From assembly GCA_963723515.1 (NCBI GenBank), contig CAVRQT010000002.1, positions 64,001-128,000 of the forward strand: a stretch of DNA of 64,000 nt. The letters run 5' to 3'. This DNA comes from Vulcanimicrobiota bacterium. Lineage in GTDB: Bacteria; Vulcanimicrobiota; Vulcanimicrobiia; Vulcanimicrobiales; Vulcanimicrobiaceae. The position numbers and the translations under genes are program-made. Positions within the stretch are counted from its first letter, which is position 1. Every line of letters starts with the position of its first letter. This document shows positions 62,714 through 64,000 of the stretch, piece after piece. The notes beneath the pieces are model-generated. The model was not told the origin of the DNA and did not search any database. It saw nothing but the letters and a program-made list of their open reading frames with translations.

Positions 62714-64000
62714 ACAAGTCTTCTTGGATGTTCTTCGTGAGCCGCTGCGAGATCGTCTCCAATTCCGGTAAGCCGATCAGGATGCGCCGCGGTTTTGTGC
62801 CTTCGTGTGGGCCGACGATGTTGAACTCTTCCAATTGCCGCATCAAACGCACAGCGCGTGGATGTCCGATCGAAAATTGCGATTGCAACTGCGCGGTTGA
62901 CGCGTAATTCATTTCAATGATGAACTTCGCGGCCTCGTAGCAGAGCGGATCGAGATTCTTCGTCAAGCTTTCATCGTCCGAAATCGGCGTGACATCGACA
63001 TCGAGCAGGTTGTCCGGCCGGCCTTGCTTCTTCCAGAAGTCGACGAGGCGCGCGATCTCACTGCCGGTGATCAATGCGCCTTGGGCTCGAATCGGCTTCG
63101 GCGAATCGATCGGCAGATACAACATGTCGCCGCGGCCGAGCAAACGTTCTGCGCCCGCCATGTCAAGAATCGTCCGCGAATCGACCTGCGAGCTCGTGGC
63201 AAATGCGATGCGAGATGGAATGTTGGCCTTAATGATGCCGGTGATCACGTCAACGGATGGCCGTTGCGTTGCGACGGCGAGATGGATGCCGGTGGCTCTT
63301 GCAAGTTGCGCCAGACGGCAAATCATTGTTTCAACCTTGGCAGGCGCGACCATCATCAGATCGGCCAGCTCGTCGATCGCAATGACGACGTAGGGCAGTT
63401 TCTCGTCGGGATACTTTGCGTTGTATTCCTCGATCTTGCGCACGCCGGCTTTCGCAAAACGCTCGTAACGCTCGTCCATCACCTTGGTCATCTCAAAGAG
63501 AGCGCCGGCGGCAAGGCGCGGATCCGTGATAACCTCCTTGATCAGGTGCGGAATACCATCGTAAACGGCGAGCTCGACGCGCTTTGGATCGATCATCAAT
63601 AACTGCACTTGATCGGGCGTTGCGGAGACGAGCAGCGACGCGATGATGCAGTTGAGACAGACGCTCTTGCCGCTTCCGGTTGCACCCGCGATGAGCAGAT
63701 GCGGCATTCTTGCGAGATCGCCAAAGACGGGGCGGCCGGTGATGTCTTTGCCGAGCGCCATCAAGAGCGGCGGAATGACCCCGCGATTCGGCAGCGCCTC
63801 CAGAATTTCGCGCACCGCAACGATGGAAATCGTCGCGTTCGGAACTTCGATCCCGACCGCAGATTTGCCGGGAATCGGCGCCTCGATCCGCACGCTCGTG
63901 GCCGCTAAGGCAAGCGCGAGGTCGTCGGCAAGCGACGATATTTTCGAAATCTTGACGCCGCGTTCAGGGCGCAGCTCGTACCGTGTGATCGACGGACCGC
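62697..64000 (-). CDS. ftsK: FtsK/SpoIIIE DNA translocase, 3' part (5' end outside the window)
   Basis: RIEAPIPGK, PHLLIAGATGSGKS, IDPK, DELADLM, ATQRPSVDVITG, GAERLLGRGDML and a gamma domain. Confidence 0.97.
   Translation of the reverse strand, partial: GPSITRYELRPERGVKISKISSLADDLALALAATSVRIEAPIPGKSAVGIEVPNATISIVAVREILEALPNRGVIPPLLMALGKDITGRPVFGDLARMPHLLIAGATGSGKSVCLNCIIASLLVSATPDQVQLLMIDPKRVELAVYDGIPHLIKEVITDPRLAAGALFEMTKVMDERYERFAKAGVRKIEEYNAKYPDEKLPYVVIAIDELADLMMVAPAKVETMICRLAQLARATGIHLAVATQRPSVDVITGIIKANIPSRIAFATSSQVDSRTILDMAGAERLLGRGDMLYLPIDSPKPIRAQGALITGSEIARLVDFWKKQGRPDNLLDVDVTPISDDESLTKNLDPLCYEAAKFIIEMNYASTAQLQSQFSIGHPRAVRLMRQLEEFNIVGPHEGTKPRRILIGLPELETISQRLTKNIQEDLFATGS

Overview
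A GC-rich bacterial chromosome segment, mostly housekeeping genes on the minus strand: malic enzyme, dacB, RND permease, tRNA-Leu, dppBC, kce-kamC-kamB, mntP, proline dehydrogenase, dtd, rpoD, dnaG, M1 aminopeptidase, ppdK, glyQS, rlmN, udg, prfB, secA, rimO, yajQ, rodZ, mnmA, cfa, mqnC/A/E and ftsK. The gene content suggests a soil Terrabacteria lineage such as Vulcanimicrobiota (Eremiobacterota/WPS-2); this is inference only. Many genes, including the essential secA and glyQS, carry frameshifts that look like long-read assembly errors. The prfB frameshift is the genuine programmed one. The most interesting signals are non-coding. (1) A ~200-nt structured, terminator-ended element at 37785-38022 has tRNA-like arms, a perfect 14-bp long-range stem and a GNCGAANG motif. 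It is a candidate Y-RNA/tRNA mimic with alternative folds and no Ro/Rsr gene in the window. (2) A dispersed REP-like repeat family co-occurs with a second, strand-biased 135-150-nt hairpin element at 10036-10182 and 18393-18543. Also notable are an orphan kamB-kamC-kce module, an elongated orphan RND permease, and a GDPH-motif/harpin-like gene between secA and prfB. No CRISPR array, integrase or transposase was seen.
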